64,000 bases of DNA from Amoebidium appalachense (GCA_963693365.1 CAVNZM010000009.1:2854231-2918230), one strand, 5' to 3'. Shown: positions 1 to 20,904, numbered from the stretch's first letter. The notes: generated from the sequence alone by a model not told the origin. A program made the numbers and translations.

Positions 1-44
1 AAGCACCCATGCACGCACACGAAAGGAAAGACCTGAAAGCCTGT

Positions 45-114
<70 letters not shown>

Positions 115-185
115 CCCCTGCGCCTCTTGCTCCTTCCTCTATAACCCCGATTCACTGACATCTTTTTGTCTCTAACTCCCCCCAG

Positions 186-890
186 ATCGATTGGGACGCG
201 ATCAAGCAAAAACGCATTAAACCACCAATCAAACCTCGGATCACGCACGCGCTCGACACATCGAATTTCGATTCCGCGATTGACCAATCAGACGCGCACT
301 CCCCGTCATTGGTTTGGGGGGACGCCGCATTTTCGGACACGATGCTCTCGAGCTTTGCCGAAATGGGTATAGGTGGTGGAAGATTCACCTACGGTTCGTC
401 GGTAAATTTCGGGAATAGCGTGGATGACGATTCTTTTTCGAATTTTACTCATTTTACGGAAAATCTGCAAAGTGAAGTGAGCGACGGGGCGAGTAGCAGT
501 GGTCTTGTAATGCAATCGACAAGCCAATCTGAGAATCCGGAAAACCGAATTGAGAATCCGGGAAATTCTGAAAATACGGATGACGCCGAGCAGTTGGGGC
601 AGCAGTCACTGGGCACAATGCAGAATCCGGAAATGCTACCCCGTGAAAACGAAAATGGGCTCTCGAGGGTGGTGGAGGAAGGAGGGTCAGGGGGTGTGGA
701 TGGCTATTCGGAGCCTGGGCGGGGTTTGAAAGATTCGTGGGCAGGGTTCGATTTCACGTTGCCCTCCCCTGCCATTTGTCGCCTGCACAGAGATTATTCT
801 AGTCGACCCCCCAGCAGCCTATCAAATACGCTTCTGGCACAAAGTGGATTGGTCAGCCCCTCACCAAGATCCCGGCCACAATCCAAATGA
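186..890 (+). CDS. Terminal exon of an AGC-family Ser/Thr kinase (AGC C-terminal domain plus low-complexity tail); upstream exons lie outside the window
   Basis: CTAAC branchpoint and CAG acceptor (183-185), then IDWDAIKQKRIKPPIKPRITHALDTSNFD, a typical AGC C-tail. FSNFTHF resembles a hydrophobic motif. In frame with ORF 309..890; ends TGA. Confidence 0.8.
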   Translation: MDWDAIKQKRIKPPIKPRITHALDTSNFDSAIDQSDAHSPSLVWGDAAFSDTMLSSFAEMGIGGGRFTYGSSVNFGNSVDDDSFSNFTHFTENLQSEVSDGASSSGLVMQSTSQSENPENRIENPGNSENTDDAEQLGQQSLGTMQNPEMLPRENENGLSRVVEEGGSGGVDGYSEPGRGLKDSWAGFDFTLPSPAICRLHRDYSSRPPSSLSNTLLAQSGLVSPSPRSRPQSK

Positions 891-984
891 CGCATTATTA
901 TTAATATTATTGTTATTGTTATTATTATTATTATTTAACTTTTTTTTGTTGGTTTTTTTGTTGTTGTTGGGAGGGGGGAAGCGG

Positions 985-1036
<52 letters not shown>

Positions 1037-1123
1037 GTATATGGTGACGTGGTTTTCTTTTTCATTGGGTGTAGTTGGTGCGTTTCAACGGCTCCCTGAC
1101 GGTTACATGCGCTTCCTGTTGGT

Positions 1124-1173
<50 letters not shown>

Positions 1174-1192
1174 GTGATGGTGGTGTTGGTGG

Positions 1193-1231
<39 letters not shown>

Positions 1232-1720
1232 GCATGAATGGAACAGGTGTTTGGCGCGCGTGTCTAATATTATATGAAAAGGCACGTGCCTGTCCTAATT
1301 AGGAAGTTCCTAACTATATAGTTTTTTTATTGGCTGTGCCTGGTATGTGTGTTGACAGGCACCCCCCACCCAATAATCACTAGATTACGCAGAACCTTTA
1401 ACCGAAACGAGTTTTTCGATTTATTAGGTGCCAAAATACTCCCAGATGTAAGAGCAAGCGCCCCTTGTACATATTTTATCTGTACGTGTGCCGTAGTTTT
1501 AAAAGAAATGAAGTGTCGACTTCATCTAGCTGTGCTGTAGGAAGCGTATTTACCGAATTGTATTTACCGAATAATATGGCCCAACATGTAATATGATATG
1601 ACAGCGACATGATTTTGGGATTTATTAACGAACACACATGTATATGCATAGCAAAGAGATAGTCTGATCATACAACATACAATGATTTTCGATTTGCAAT
1701 TGTATCTAACGCACCAAATG

Positions 1721-2227
1721 TGAGATAGGTCCGTACGCTGAAAACCCCCTAGGTATAGGAAGATGGCTTTACATAAATCGAAAAAAAAAAAAAAAAAACG
1801 GTATTTGCAGATATTATGTCACCAAAATAAAAACATAACCCCAATAAGCACAACCCTATGCGTGTCTGGCCCCCCGACTTTGGTCCGTACAACGAACCCT
1901 CCTTGGCACCTGATTGGACAAAACGCGATCCGATGACGTAAAGTCAGGGGGGAACGGCTTGATCCCCGAGCGACATATAGGGGCTGTCAGGCTCCCATTT
2001 GGGGGGGTTGCAATTGGGGGGGCCCGGGGGCGGGGCGGCAGGCCCCCCATTTAGGGCCCAGGCATACACAGGGTATGGTTCTTGGGTTTATGTTTTTATT
2101 TTGTAGTTAAAATTATCAAAGACTGTGTTTTTAAATATGATTAGCGGTTTATGTGAGCGATCTCCCTATACCTAGGGGCCTCGGGATCGTACGCGTACGG
2201 ACTCAACTTCTCTCGCGGCTTATCTCT
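1721..2227. mobile_element. Foldback/MITE-like element with long imperfect inverted arms
   Basis: Left arm ~1721-1875 (GTCCGTACGC..CCCCTAGGTATAGGAAGAT..CAAAATAAAAACATAACCCCAA..ACCCTATG) is the reverse complement of ~2053-2227 (CAGGGT..TTGGGTTTATGTTTTTATTTTG..ATCTCCCTATACCTAGGGG..GCGTACGGAC). No ORF. Confidence 0.65.
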
Positions 2228-2922
2228 TCCCCCCCCTTTCCCCGCCCCGCTATGGGGGTCTGACGGCCGCTTTATGTACTAGTGTGATTAATATTTAGCT
2301 ATTCAGATATGTAATATTAAAACGTATCTAAGGACCCATCACGCAAAAACAACACCCACACACCTGTTCTTAGCGCAACATCTGCTTGCACATACCGGGC
2401 AACTGAAATGCACATGCACACCCTGTCAGCATGAACGACTTCTTTTGACCTGACATACTTTCAGTATTGATCCTTTGTCCTACGCCATCATGAAATACCG
2501 CTATTAATCAGTATCCATAAGGCCATTTTTTATTATTTATAACGGGCCTACCTGGTTTTGACAATTGCGACTCACAAGCCACATTTACGGGAACAAGAGG
2601 TTCACTTGAACCTTTTGCTCATTTGAATTGAAATTCCGCCAAAAATCGCTACCGAAAAAGCTTCTCACTTACGTAAAACAATGCATTTATACACAGATTC
2701 TGAAATCGAACCCTAAGGCTTTCAACAGTAACAACGTCGAGCTTATGTCCAGCAAACCACCAAACATCTATACATCGATTACAAATTGCTGTAAACAGCT
2801 ATGCAACAAATCGACCCACTCGGTTTCAAACACCAGAGATCTATACACGGACAACCATTGGCTACATCAAATATTAACAACTGCACACTACTGGATGTCG
2901 GTCCATTATAAAATCTTTAAAA

Positions 2923-3563
2923 CTAGGCTTTGGGCATGAGAACTGAGTCGATCAGGTTAACAACATTGCCGTTGGGGAGGAGGAGGGTGGCCTGAATAGA
3001 AACGTTGTTGACCTTAAATCCACCCATACCATTACTGCTGATGGTGAGCTGTGAAGACACCGTGTTAGTGAGATCAAGTATGGCGCTTTTGTTCTGTGTG
3101 ACACTGTGCCTGTGTGCGTGCGCATGTGTATGTATGTGCATGTGTCTGTGTGCGTGTGCGTCTCAGTCTCAGTCTCCCCCCCCCCCCCCCTCTCTCTCTC
3201 TCTCTCTCTTGCTTGTGCGTGTGTGTGCGTATGTTTGTGGTAGTGAGAGAGATGAGAGGATTCACATTTAGCTAAACCCACATCGCCAAATCAGCAAGGA
3301 TGATTGCACAAGCATTGCTTGTATCACCCCCCCCCACCCCCCCCCCCCCCGGGCGTCTTTCCCTCATACAAAGAGAAGTAAAACTTATGATCTATGCCAT
3401 CAAAAGACCAATGTTTCTATTTTGTGTGTGTATGTATGTGTATGTGTGTGTGTGTGGGGGGGGGGGGGGGGGGGGGGGGGGGATGTTTCTATTATGTGTG
3501 TGTGTGTATGTGTATGTGTGTGTGTTGGGGGGGGGGGGGGGGGGGGGGGGGATGTTTCTATTA

Positions 3564-3594
<31 letters not shown>

Positions 3595-4994
3595 GTTGTG
3601 GTGGTGTTGGGGGGGGGGGGGGGGGGGGGGGGGGGAGGGGGGGGTAACTCACGTTCTGGCCCTTTGCCATTGTTGTAAGGGTGCTGTTGGCTGTGGGCAC
3701 GTGGGTGCCGTTGACGGCATGGTACATGAGAATGGCACTGACTTCGGCCTGGAGAGGGGGGGAAGAGGGGGGGGAGTGTTAGAATGGATTACAGAGTACG
3801 AAGGGTGGGTTGGGGGGGGGGGGGGGGTCATAAAGTACGAAGTACACAAGAGCAACGGATAACACGATGCAAAATGCAAACCATACATAAAGAGTATGCA
3901 TAATAAGCAGAGCCCATCGTCAGGGGGGGGCCCACGTCATCCACAGTACCCGAGTTTCGACCCATTCACCTCGTTAACGAAACCCAACTCAGATACTGTT
4001 TCACTTGAACATGGGTGGGTCACCCGTCCTGATCAGAGACGAGCAGGGTTACTTATGCAGGCAAGGGCAGTGGGAAAGGCCGGGGGTTAAAGTTGCCGCA
4101 GTAAGCAGAAGCAAGAAAAACATAGATAGGAACTCAGGAGACGGGACTTCTGGGAAGCTCCCCCGTCGCTACCTAAGTCGATACTTCCGTGGCTAACATA
4201 CTACAACAGCTGAAAAGAATTAAGTCCCGAAGGCCGCAGAATTCGCAGGGGGGTGCGGTGGGTGGGGTGAGGTGGGTGGGGGGTGGGGGGGGGGGTGGGG
4301 GGTTTGAATGCGGAACACGGTACGAAATACGCATACACGACGAGAAGCATGGTGCAGGACACATGCAAAGGCAAACATTCAAGTATGCAACATCAGTCAT
4401 GTGCACAGTATGCGTCATAAGCAGAGCCCATCCTCAGGGAGGACCCAAGTCATCAATTGCGTCTGAGTTTCGACCCCTTAGCCCACGTATATACGACGCT
4501 CCAACTCAGACAGCAGCATCAACTGAACTTGGGCGGGTCAACCCGTCTTGATCAAAGACGAGCAGGGTTGCTTATGCAAGCAAGGTGAGCAAAACGGTGA
4601 AGATGTGTGTGCAAACCAATGCAGTGCAGCGAAAAATGCGTATGTGCTTACAGATGCACGACACAGAGCAACCATGCCCGGTTGCATGGAAGTAAATCGG
4701 TCTCCACACAGTGGTCCGTCCTGAAAGGACACCTCTGAAAGAAGACTGGGGGGGTTTGAATGCGGAACACGGTACGAAGTACGCATACACGACGAGAAGC
4801 ATGGTGCAGGACACATACAAAGGCAAACATTCAAGTATGCAACATCAGCCATGTGCACAGTATGCGTCATAAGCAGAGCCCATCCTCAGGGAGGACCCAA
4901 GTCATCAATTGCGTCTGAGTTTCGACCCCTTAGCCCGCGTACATACGACGCTCCAACTCAGACAGCAGCATCAACTGAACTTGGGCGGGTCAAT

Positions 4995-5031
<37 letters not shown>

Positions 5032-6689
5032 GGAGGAGGACACGAAGATGTAGGTTGCTCTTTCCAAACAGGGAGTCAAAGGGTGTTGGACAAAACAGCA
5101 CCATATACACATAAGAGTCGGTAATATAAGAAACTCATACTATCCCGATTCACATACGGCGGAGAGAGAGAGAGAGAGAGAGAGCGAGGGACAGGAAAGG
5201 TGGGGAACGAGATGGGAAAGGTCTGTGACTCACACAACGAGCCGTTGGGGCAGGGACGGTGGGTTGGGGGGGGAGGGAGGGAAGGGGAAGTGGAGGGGAC
5301 ATTGGTGGTGGTGGGGATATATATATATATAATATATATATATATACATATATATATATAGACAGAGGGAAAGAGGGGAGGGGGGGAGAGAGAGAGAGAG
5401 ATGAAACTTACGGCAGTAACATTTCCTGCAGCGGCCATAGCAGCAGTAAGAGCACCATTCGAAGGCACAAACAGGGTAAGGTTACCCTTGGACACCGCCC
5501 CCGTCATATTTGCGCTTTCAACCGCACCAACGAAAATGGAACGGTTGAAGAAATCAACAAGAGTGGAGCCGGTGAGATCTAGCGCACTGTTTACGGCAAC
5601 GGTTTTGTTTTTGGATTCGGTGGTGTTTGTGGTGGTGGTGGTGTTTTTGGTGGCGGGAGCCGGGGTGGCTGGGGTGGCAGGGGCAGCGGCGGCTGGGGAT
5701 GCTTCGACCTTACCGGGACCGGCAGGGACGGTACTGGGGGGCCGAGGTTTTTGTTAATAAAACTTAATTATATAGTTTAAGATGGCAAGAAAGGCTATGA
5801 GAGAAGAATTGGCAAGAGAGAATGTTTTTGCGTTGAGAGGGGGAGGCACTGAGAGAGGAAGTGGGGAGCCTCCTCCGGGGGAGAGAGAGGGGAGGGCAGG
5901 GCAGCAGCGGGGAAGGAAGGGGCCCCGGGGGGGGGGGGGGGGGGGGGGGGAGGGGGGAGGGGGGGAGGCAAAGTGTTGGGTGTGTAGGATTTGGGGACGA
6001 ATATTGGGAGGTGCGGGGTATGAAGGGGTCCGGGGGGTTGCGGGTTGAAAAGGGGGGGGGGGGGGAGTGCACTTGGCTCTGCACGTGAACAGAGAACCTG
6101 GCATATCGGCATATCAATGATTCTCGATGTCAGGGCCGGGGGGGAGAGGGGGGGGTTGAATGCGGAACACGGTACGAAGTACACAAACACGATGAGAAGC
6201 ATGGTGCAGGACACATGCAAAGGCAAACATTCAAGTATGCAACATCAGCAATGTGCACAGTATGCTTATGAGTCCATCCTCAGGGAGGGCCCAGGGGGGG
6301 GGGAGGGGGAGGCGGGAAGGGGAGGGAGCATCTTACGGGGGGATGAGGCGGTCAATGATGTGGATGACACCGTTGCTGCCTTCAAGATCAGCTGTAACTA
6401 CGTTGGCTCCATTGATAGACACCCTGCCGTCCTTGATAGACACATGCAGCTGTTTTTTTTTTTTTTTTTTTTTTTTTTTGGGGGGGGGGGGGGGAGGGGG
6501 GAGGAGGTATGAATCAAGTGATACACAGTACGGTGTACAAACTCACAACGGGCATCCCAGCCCGGATGTGCAGTGCAAAGAAAGGTACATTCGCACACAC
6601 ACACACAAGGAAATAATATTTGTTTACACAAGAAAACAACAAGGTCGACTCTAAATAAATATACATATGCAACTCATAGGACCCATTCT

Positions 6690-6734
<45 letters not shown>

Positions 6735-7171
6735 TAAAAATCTAATGGTTTTGGCCTTTGTGGTTAATGCTTGACAATCTAACCTTCGAGCCTTCGATGG
6801 CAAGATGGGCCGTTAATGTTGGACCAAGTAGCCCCCTCCCCCCCCCCCCCCCCCTCCCCCTTCCCCACCCACCCCCCACCCCCTCGGCCGAGCAAACCTA
6901 AAGCTTACTGCTGTCACACAGCACCGAAAGAAACTTGAGGCTCCCTTCGAAAACACAAAGAAAAAATAAGAAAAACGGTGGAATAGTTATGGAGTGTTTC
7001 ATCATCATCATATAAAGAAGATAGTTGGAGCACTTACAGGCACACCGGACAGTGGGGTGATGGCTTGGCCGTCAGTCATATCTTTGCTCATGATCTTGCC
7101 GCTGACCACGTGCGTTTGGAGGGTCTTGGTCATCACATCCTGCAGCACCACAAACCTCTTTGAGCAACTGT

Positions 7172-7234
<63 letters not shown>

Positions 7235-7732
7235 TGAAGGAAAACGAAGGGGTGGGGTGGGGGGGGGGGGGAGAGGGGGGTTGGGAGGGGGGGAGGGGGG
7301 GGGGGGTGGGCGGGGGGAAGGTGCACTTTTCTACCGCATCATGAAACAAATGCATGCGATACAATGGGATGGTTATGGAACGGCTTTAAGATCCCGAGTT
7401 TGTATGCATGAAATGGTATCTGCATACTTCTTTGTGTAATTTTGGCTTTTTGGCATCAGCAAAAGCAGTGAGTCGCTGTCAACTTAGGAAGAAAGTGTAC
7501 AGGAACTACACAAAAAATACACAAAAAAAGAGCCACGAGGTATAAAAGGTGAACTACCCCGGAAGGCATTTCGGTGAGGGCAGCGAATGCAGCGTTGTTT
7601 GCCGCAAAAATGGTGAATGGGCCGTTGCCAGCAATCTGCTCTGCCGCCCCAGGGACAGCGATGACGGTGGCCACGAGGGATGCCAGCTCAGGGTTGTTCA
7701 TAGCAATCATAGCGAGGGGCTGCCTGTATTCA

Positions 7733-7772
<40 letters not shown>

Positions 7773-8425
7773 AGGAACAGAAGAAGAAGAAGAAGAAGAA
7801 GGAAAGGGATGATTTAGTATTCATAATGAAAACAAAAACGATCAAGAATGAAAAGGCAAGCGAACTATAGCGTGGTGTTGTTAAAAGATATTCGGAAATA
7901 GACACTAAAATGTTGCGAATGTTTCAGGAGTATGTACCTGCACCTTCCAATCGAAATCACACACAGGGGGTGTGGTCTATAGTGCCGTAAAACGTGCACC
8001 AGTATTAACGTTAGCTTCAGGGTTTTGCATGACTGGACCATGAGTCGAGCCCCCGAAGAACCACCCTTACCCCGACCAACACTTTGTCATATGATCAATG
8101 AACGGACAATAGTGCAAACAGTTGTTTCTGGAACTGCAAGCAGAGGCTTGAAATGGCCTGCGTAGTATATTCTCGATAGTGCATTCTACTGACAAAATTG
8201 CCTATTACCAAACACACATTTCAAAGCCTACAGCCGTGATTCCAAAACATATATTCTTGGGCAATGGCCCCTAGCTGAAGCTGAGCGTAACTGAAACAAA
8301 CTAAAATACACCAGCAAAAAGGGAGCCGAAAACAAAGTGCAAACCAAGGATGGGGCCCCTCACAATTCAGCGGCGAAAACGGCCGTAGCCGCCCAGAGGA
8401 GGGAAAAAGCAGCGCGGAAAACCAT
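2923..8425 (-). CDS. Secreted fasciclin-like protein: signal peptide, FAS1 domain, Pro/Ala/Thr linker, second FAS1 domain; 7 exons
   Basis: Exons 8425-8364, 7723-7558, 7139-7038, 6449-6337, 5733-5412, 3748-3653, 3048-2923, all GT-AG with consistent phases. Signal peptide [22 protein letters not shown]1 motifs [61 protein letters not shown]. Confidence 0.92.
3828..4067 (-). mobile_element. Intronic structured repeat, subfamily B
   Basis: Near-identical (reverse complement) to 56871-57055, 57517-57700 and 59179-59327; shares core motifs with subfamily A. Lies in fasciclin intron 5. Confidence 0.85.
4303..4995 (-). mobile_element. Intronic structured repeat, subfamily A: full ~452-bp unit (4303-4754) plus head-to-tail partial unit (4755-4995)
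   Basis: TTTGAATGCGGAACAC starts at 4303 and again at 4755. Nearly identical to 41949-42550, with the same junction (CTGAAAGAAGAC-W-G run-TTTGAATGC). Confidence 0.9.
6156..6290 (-). mobile_element. Truncated subfamily A copy
   Basis: TTGAATGCGGAACACGGTACGAAG...CATCCTCAGGGAGGGCCCA directly after a poly-G run, in fasciclin intron 4. Confidence 0.85.
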
Positions 8426-8609
8426 TTTCAACAGTTGCTCTGACTCTCAAACGGTACACCCTCTCAGTAGGAACTGGACAACTGGCGATGTGGGGCGCAT
8501 GGCGGTGGGTTTTGCTGTTGTCCGTCAGTCCGTGCGGCGACTGAATGCATTCTGCAAAATATCCGGAAATCTCTCTGCTCAAAAACTTCCAAACCCCCAG
8601 AGATAGAGA

Positions 8610-9314
8610 ATTTTTTTAATGACTTTATTGATGTGCTTATCAAAAGAGAAGCATGCGAGATATCACAGATATCTCAGAGAAGAAAATACAAAATGGTTCC
8701 TTTTGCATCTCCCTTTACAGCTAGGCTACCTTGTTTGGCTGCTATTCTCCTTGGAGGGTTACTCCTGTCGCCGCGCCCCCTAAGGTAGTTTTGCAGTCTT
8801 ACATGTTCTGTATTGCTCTTTTGAAACCTCGTGTGCTGCTCCAGTGATAGAGTTTTGGCCGAGGGCTCTGTCTCTAGAGTAGTTACAGATGGCTTCCTTG
8901 CAGTTTGTAGCCTAGACATCTTCGTGGCTTTGATGGAGCAATCTAGCCATGCCCCAAGCTCCTCATATTGTACCCTGCCATCGATGCTTATAATTACATG
9001 TTAACGTACGCATTTACTCAAATTTCTGTGCGTTAACGTACGTACGCGTTTCACTCAATGATTTCTGTGACTCAATTCATATTAGGTCACCTTTATTGAG
9101 GTTTTTTTTGTTGTGGCAGCCGATATATCAACTTATCGTTTTCACTCCTGCCTTTAGTGTTTATTTGTATTTTTATACCTTTGGGTCGACGTCCGTATTC
9201 CAGTGAGCCTACATTTGAGTGACTCGCACTATGATCGTCTCTCGAGATATCGAGATATCTCTTTTTCGTGTCCTTCGAACATTTAGCACATCAATAAAGT
9301 CATGATAAAAAAAA
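8610..9314. mobile_element. Putative MITE with perfect 19-bp inverted repeats
   Basis: ATGACTTTATTGATGTGCT (8619-8637) / AGCACATCAATAAAGTCAT (9285-9303), extended by T-run/A-run flanks. Subterminal GAGATATC-nn-AGATATCTC motifs near both ends (~8657-8673, ~9244-9261). Confidence 0.6.
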
Positions 9315-11232
9315 TGCCTTACTCACGGATACGGAGGAGAGAATTTGTGGATACCTAAGATATTTTATAGTTTTCCCCCTTATACTTGTTGAGAACCGAT
9401 ACATAAAATACTCTTTAAACACATTACTATGATAATTTGTATAATATATAGCTTGTTTATTGTTTGTTTGGTGTCGTAAATGGGCTTTGTTTTGGAACTG
9501 CTCTTTCAAAGATCTGTCAGTGTCAAAAAAATTTCAACAGCACGGGGTGACGGGGGGTCTGCCGGGCCTTGTTTTTAGCACCAATCAGCAATTGTTCTGG
9601 CACTTGTCTCAGAGCAGTGTAAAACATCCGTTTGTTTACATCGAATAATCTTGGGACGTTGGGACCTGGTGCCATAAGTCGTAACCGATAATAACGGCCG
9701 CTCACAGATGTCCGCAACTTCACATAGGCACCTATCAAGTGCATAAAAATGACAAAAATAACACAAAAAACTTTTTCCTAGGTCAATGAGGAAAGTATTG
9801 TATTGATAGTGATACGGTACATTAAATTCTTTGGTCACCATAAAACTTGCCAATCTACCGAAGTTATTTGAATGTTTACATGTGCGGGCCAATGATTGGT
9901 CCTTTGAGCCCGCCAATCGCTGAGCCTGCTTGTTAACCACTGTCAGAGCCCTATTGTACCAACTTAGTGCGCACTTTTGGGTTTCAAACTTTCATGATAT
10001 GAATATTCTCTTCTCATTTATTATAGTGATATAGCGACTTGTACTATCAAACGTTTGATATTACAGGAAATACAGAAGTCTGGGTCCCTGAATAACCATT
10101 AAAATATTCGATTGTAGGAGATACTTCAAGCAGCTCCCCGCCAATAGCCACTCGAGTTTGAGTCCGATTGGCAAAATTTGAATTGCCTGCTTTCCCTGAC
10201 CTTACAAAGGCTTACTTTATTACAGATGGACATAGAATAAGCAATTTACAACTCTTCTACTGTAAATATAGATAATAAGTTAGTCCTTTCCGCTATTCAC
10301 CACTCTCTTTGCATATGCCGGATGTGGGGAATTCGAAGTCATGTACTACAGGGATGATATGGGGCAATCATATGCATCCCGAGGGATGTCGCATTCTTGT
10401 TTGCTGTGCTTCTTGAAGACGCCGGGCAACACGCCGGTCGGGTCTGCAGTTCATGATGGTCAGTCTATGCACGTTGTTTGGAAACTCATAAAAACTTTGC
10501 AACCGTTTGTGCAGGCTTTCATATGAGCGTGGCATGGGCTACAAACCCAAACCACTGAGTTATGTACACAAACACGTGCAGCATGCCATTGCTACAAAGT
10601 TGCATATGTAAGATTCCAAAGTCACCTTGCCGGGTCCGGGCTGGAAGGAAAGAATTAGAAAAATGTGACGGTCGTGATTTATGATGACTGGTTGCCAACG
10701 GGGCCAAGGCACCTCTTGATCATGAAGGTCGCCGGATCCAGTCAGCTGGCCATGGTAGCTGACGGTCCTGCCAGGTGCATGCTGAACCGTCAGTCTCAGG
10801 TCAGCCTGTGCAGGTGGTGGTGATGGTGGTGGTGGTGGTGGTTTGGTGGTGGTGGTGGTGGGGGGGGGGGGGGGGGGGGAGGGGGGGGAGGGAGGAGCTG
10901 GAGGGAGGGGTGTTTTGGAGGGCAGCTGCAGAGCTTCCTGCCAGACTGCGTAACCCACAGTGTAACCCACATGAAAATACCATAGCCGGAATTTATCCCG
11001 TGTCGAAGGTTAGCCGCTGGTAGTTTTGAAGTATTTAGCCCCAAAAGACCTTGCGAAGATGGAATTATGTCAGAGTATTAGTTGAAACTTGCAATAAATA
11101 AACTTGGCGTATATGTTGAATATATGGAGTCCAAATTTTATGCAGTTTGCTTAGTAACCTTTAGGGGGAAGGGACAAGGAATCTTAATGGCCTGATCCAT
11201 ACAGACTTGAAGTGACGCTGGGGGATGGGGAT

Positions 11233-11263
<31 letters not shown>

Positions 11264-11750
11264 GGGGAGGAGGGGGGGGGGGGGGGGGGGGGGGAGGGGG
11301 AGGGAAGGGGGGAGGAGGGGAGGAGGGGAGGAGGGACTTCATTATGGATGTGGGCAGATCATTGCAGAGGGGATGGGGAAGACTGCATCGTGGACACAGC
11401 ACATACTGTAACAACTGTATGCCATTGGTCGATTAAATTTTAGCATAATAATTCGAGGGAGAACTCCGAGGGGCATGGGTGTGGGAAACCCGTTGTAGGG
11501 GTGTGCCGATCCATCGAATCTGTCAATTTTATTCATGGCAGCGCTACTGGGAGTGCACGAGGGGCAAGATGGCGGGGAGGAGAACCGCCCAACATTTTTT
11601 TTTCTTCGCTGATTACTGGTAGACTTTCTTCCATAACAATGTGTGCATGTTTGTGTATGGGTGCGTGTGTGGGTGGAGAGGAGGGGGGGGGGGGGGGGGG
11701 GGGAAGGGGAGGAGGGGGTGGGGGTGCAGCAAGGGAGGGGAGGGAAGCAC

Positions 11751-11789
<39 letters not shown>

Positions 11790-12132
11790 TGGACTCTGAG
11801 GAGGAATAGTTACTGCAGCCTAGAAGCTGTGTATTGCGATTGGGACGGTGTATTTCAACGATACAGCGCTATATATGGCAACTGTGTTACCTGATACCAA
11901 TTAGAAATTCCCCTAAATCTTAAAAGTTAATAATACTATCATTGTGAACCTGGCTAAACAAGACAAACAAGTAAGTATTCTATATTAGGGTATGTATTTA
12001 GCTCAGCCAAAAATAGATCTAGAACTATCTAGCTCAGCCAAATAAGATCTCTGAGCTCTAGAGTGAAAACGGTGGCGAGATATTCTATGTGGAGAATTTT
12101 TGCTGTTTGGCTAAGAGACATCAGCACTAAAT

Positions 12133-19885
<7,753 letters not shown>

Positions 19886-20904
19886 TCTCAGAGTAAGGTC
19901 CGAGGAGCTTTCTCAGACTGGGACGTGGAAGGGGTACAGGTTGGGTGGTGTATGCAGGTTGAAATAAACCGTTAATGAGAATGATTGAAAACGGATGCAC
20001 TCTTGCAAATTATGTTGATTTTGGTGTGGCCGTAAACTAATTTATAACTAATAATGAAACTTTTAGCGGCTTGGCGGCCGAGGTTCAAATGGATGTGTGG
20101 TGGAAACCCGTATACAATACTCAGATGTTCACATTGCGCAAACTTACACTGGGCTATAGCTGTGCATGATGATCTACACTGTACAATACCGTTCCATGAA
20201 GTGTACGATTGATGAACACACACGGTAATTTAAACTTAAAAAAATCCTTAAGTCAAGATGCACAGTCATAGTACTTAGAATACTAGCAATACGTGTCTTT
20301 ACACTTCAAGGACACACGAGCCAAGTCTGTGGTGAGACTCCAAGAATGATTGTTAACCATCGATCAGCTTCGTCAACGGTTCGGTAGTCGCCCGGAAGGT
20401 ATTTGCAAACAATGCTGACAGTAGTATACGGCGTGTGGAAAAATTTAGGAGCATATCCACACACAATCTGATGATTGATATCATATTATTGTATGGCTTA
20501 AGCTTGATTAATTATGCTACGTAGTGCAGCTATATTTATAACGGTTAACTTAGTCTAACAGCACTAATACTAAGTTACTTGTTAGTGTTAATAATACGTT
20601 TACTTAAGCTTAACTAGCTTCTCCTCCCCGAGTGACTCCTGTGGAGCCTATATGCCACCGAGGCACTATGTAGTCATTTAAGTGTAAGCCTTATAATCAG
20701 CCTCAGGGGACATGAAAACCGTGTCGGATACTTTTGAACAAAGACGTACTCAAGGGCGGGAGTGCTCTCAATATCTCAATATTAGTAATCATTTAAATTA
20801 GAGAGCCTGACATTTGTTATCAGAAAGTATTAACGTAGTATTATATATTATATCGACGTATATCTGCCCAGAATAATTAGTTAGGCATCGGGTTCTGTCC
20901 AAAT

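Noticed and set aside
4388-4460. C/D-box snoRNA in subfamily A (GCAAT-TGATGA...CTGA-TGTTGC on the minus strand)
   Set aside because: Subfamily B has GGATGA and lacks the terminal CTGA and stem; the internal CTGA sits in a hairpin loop; no rRNA guide recognised. Not fully excluded.
4430-4512. Canonical hammerhead ribozyme (CTGAGGA and CGAAAC both present)
   Set aside because: The motifs cannot be arranged with the required stems I-III; CTGAGGA lies in a separate hairpin.
9500-11640. Gene or transposon remnant in non-repetitive patches
   Set aside because: No recognisable domain or consistent splice model.
11998-12052. tRNA or tRNA-derived SINE from two TAGCTCAG motifs
   Set aside because: Short direct repeat only; no B-box or cloverleaf.
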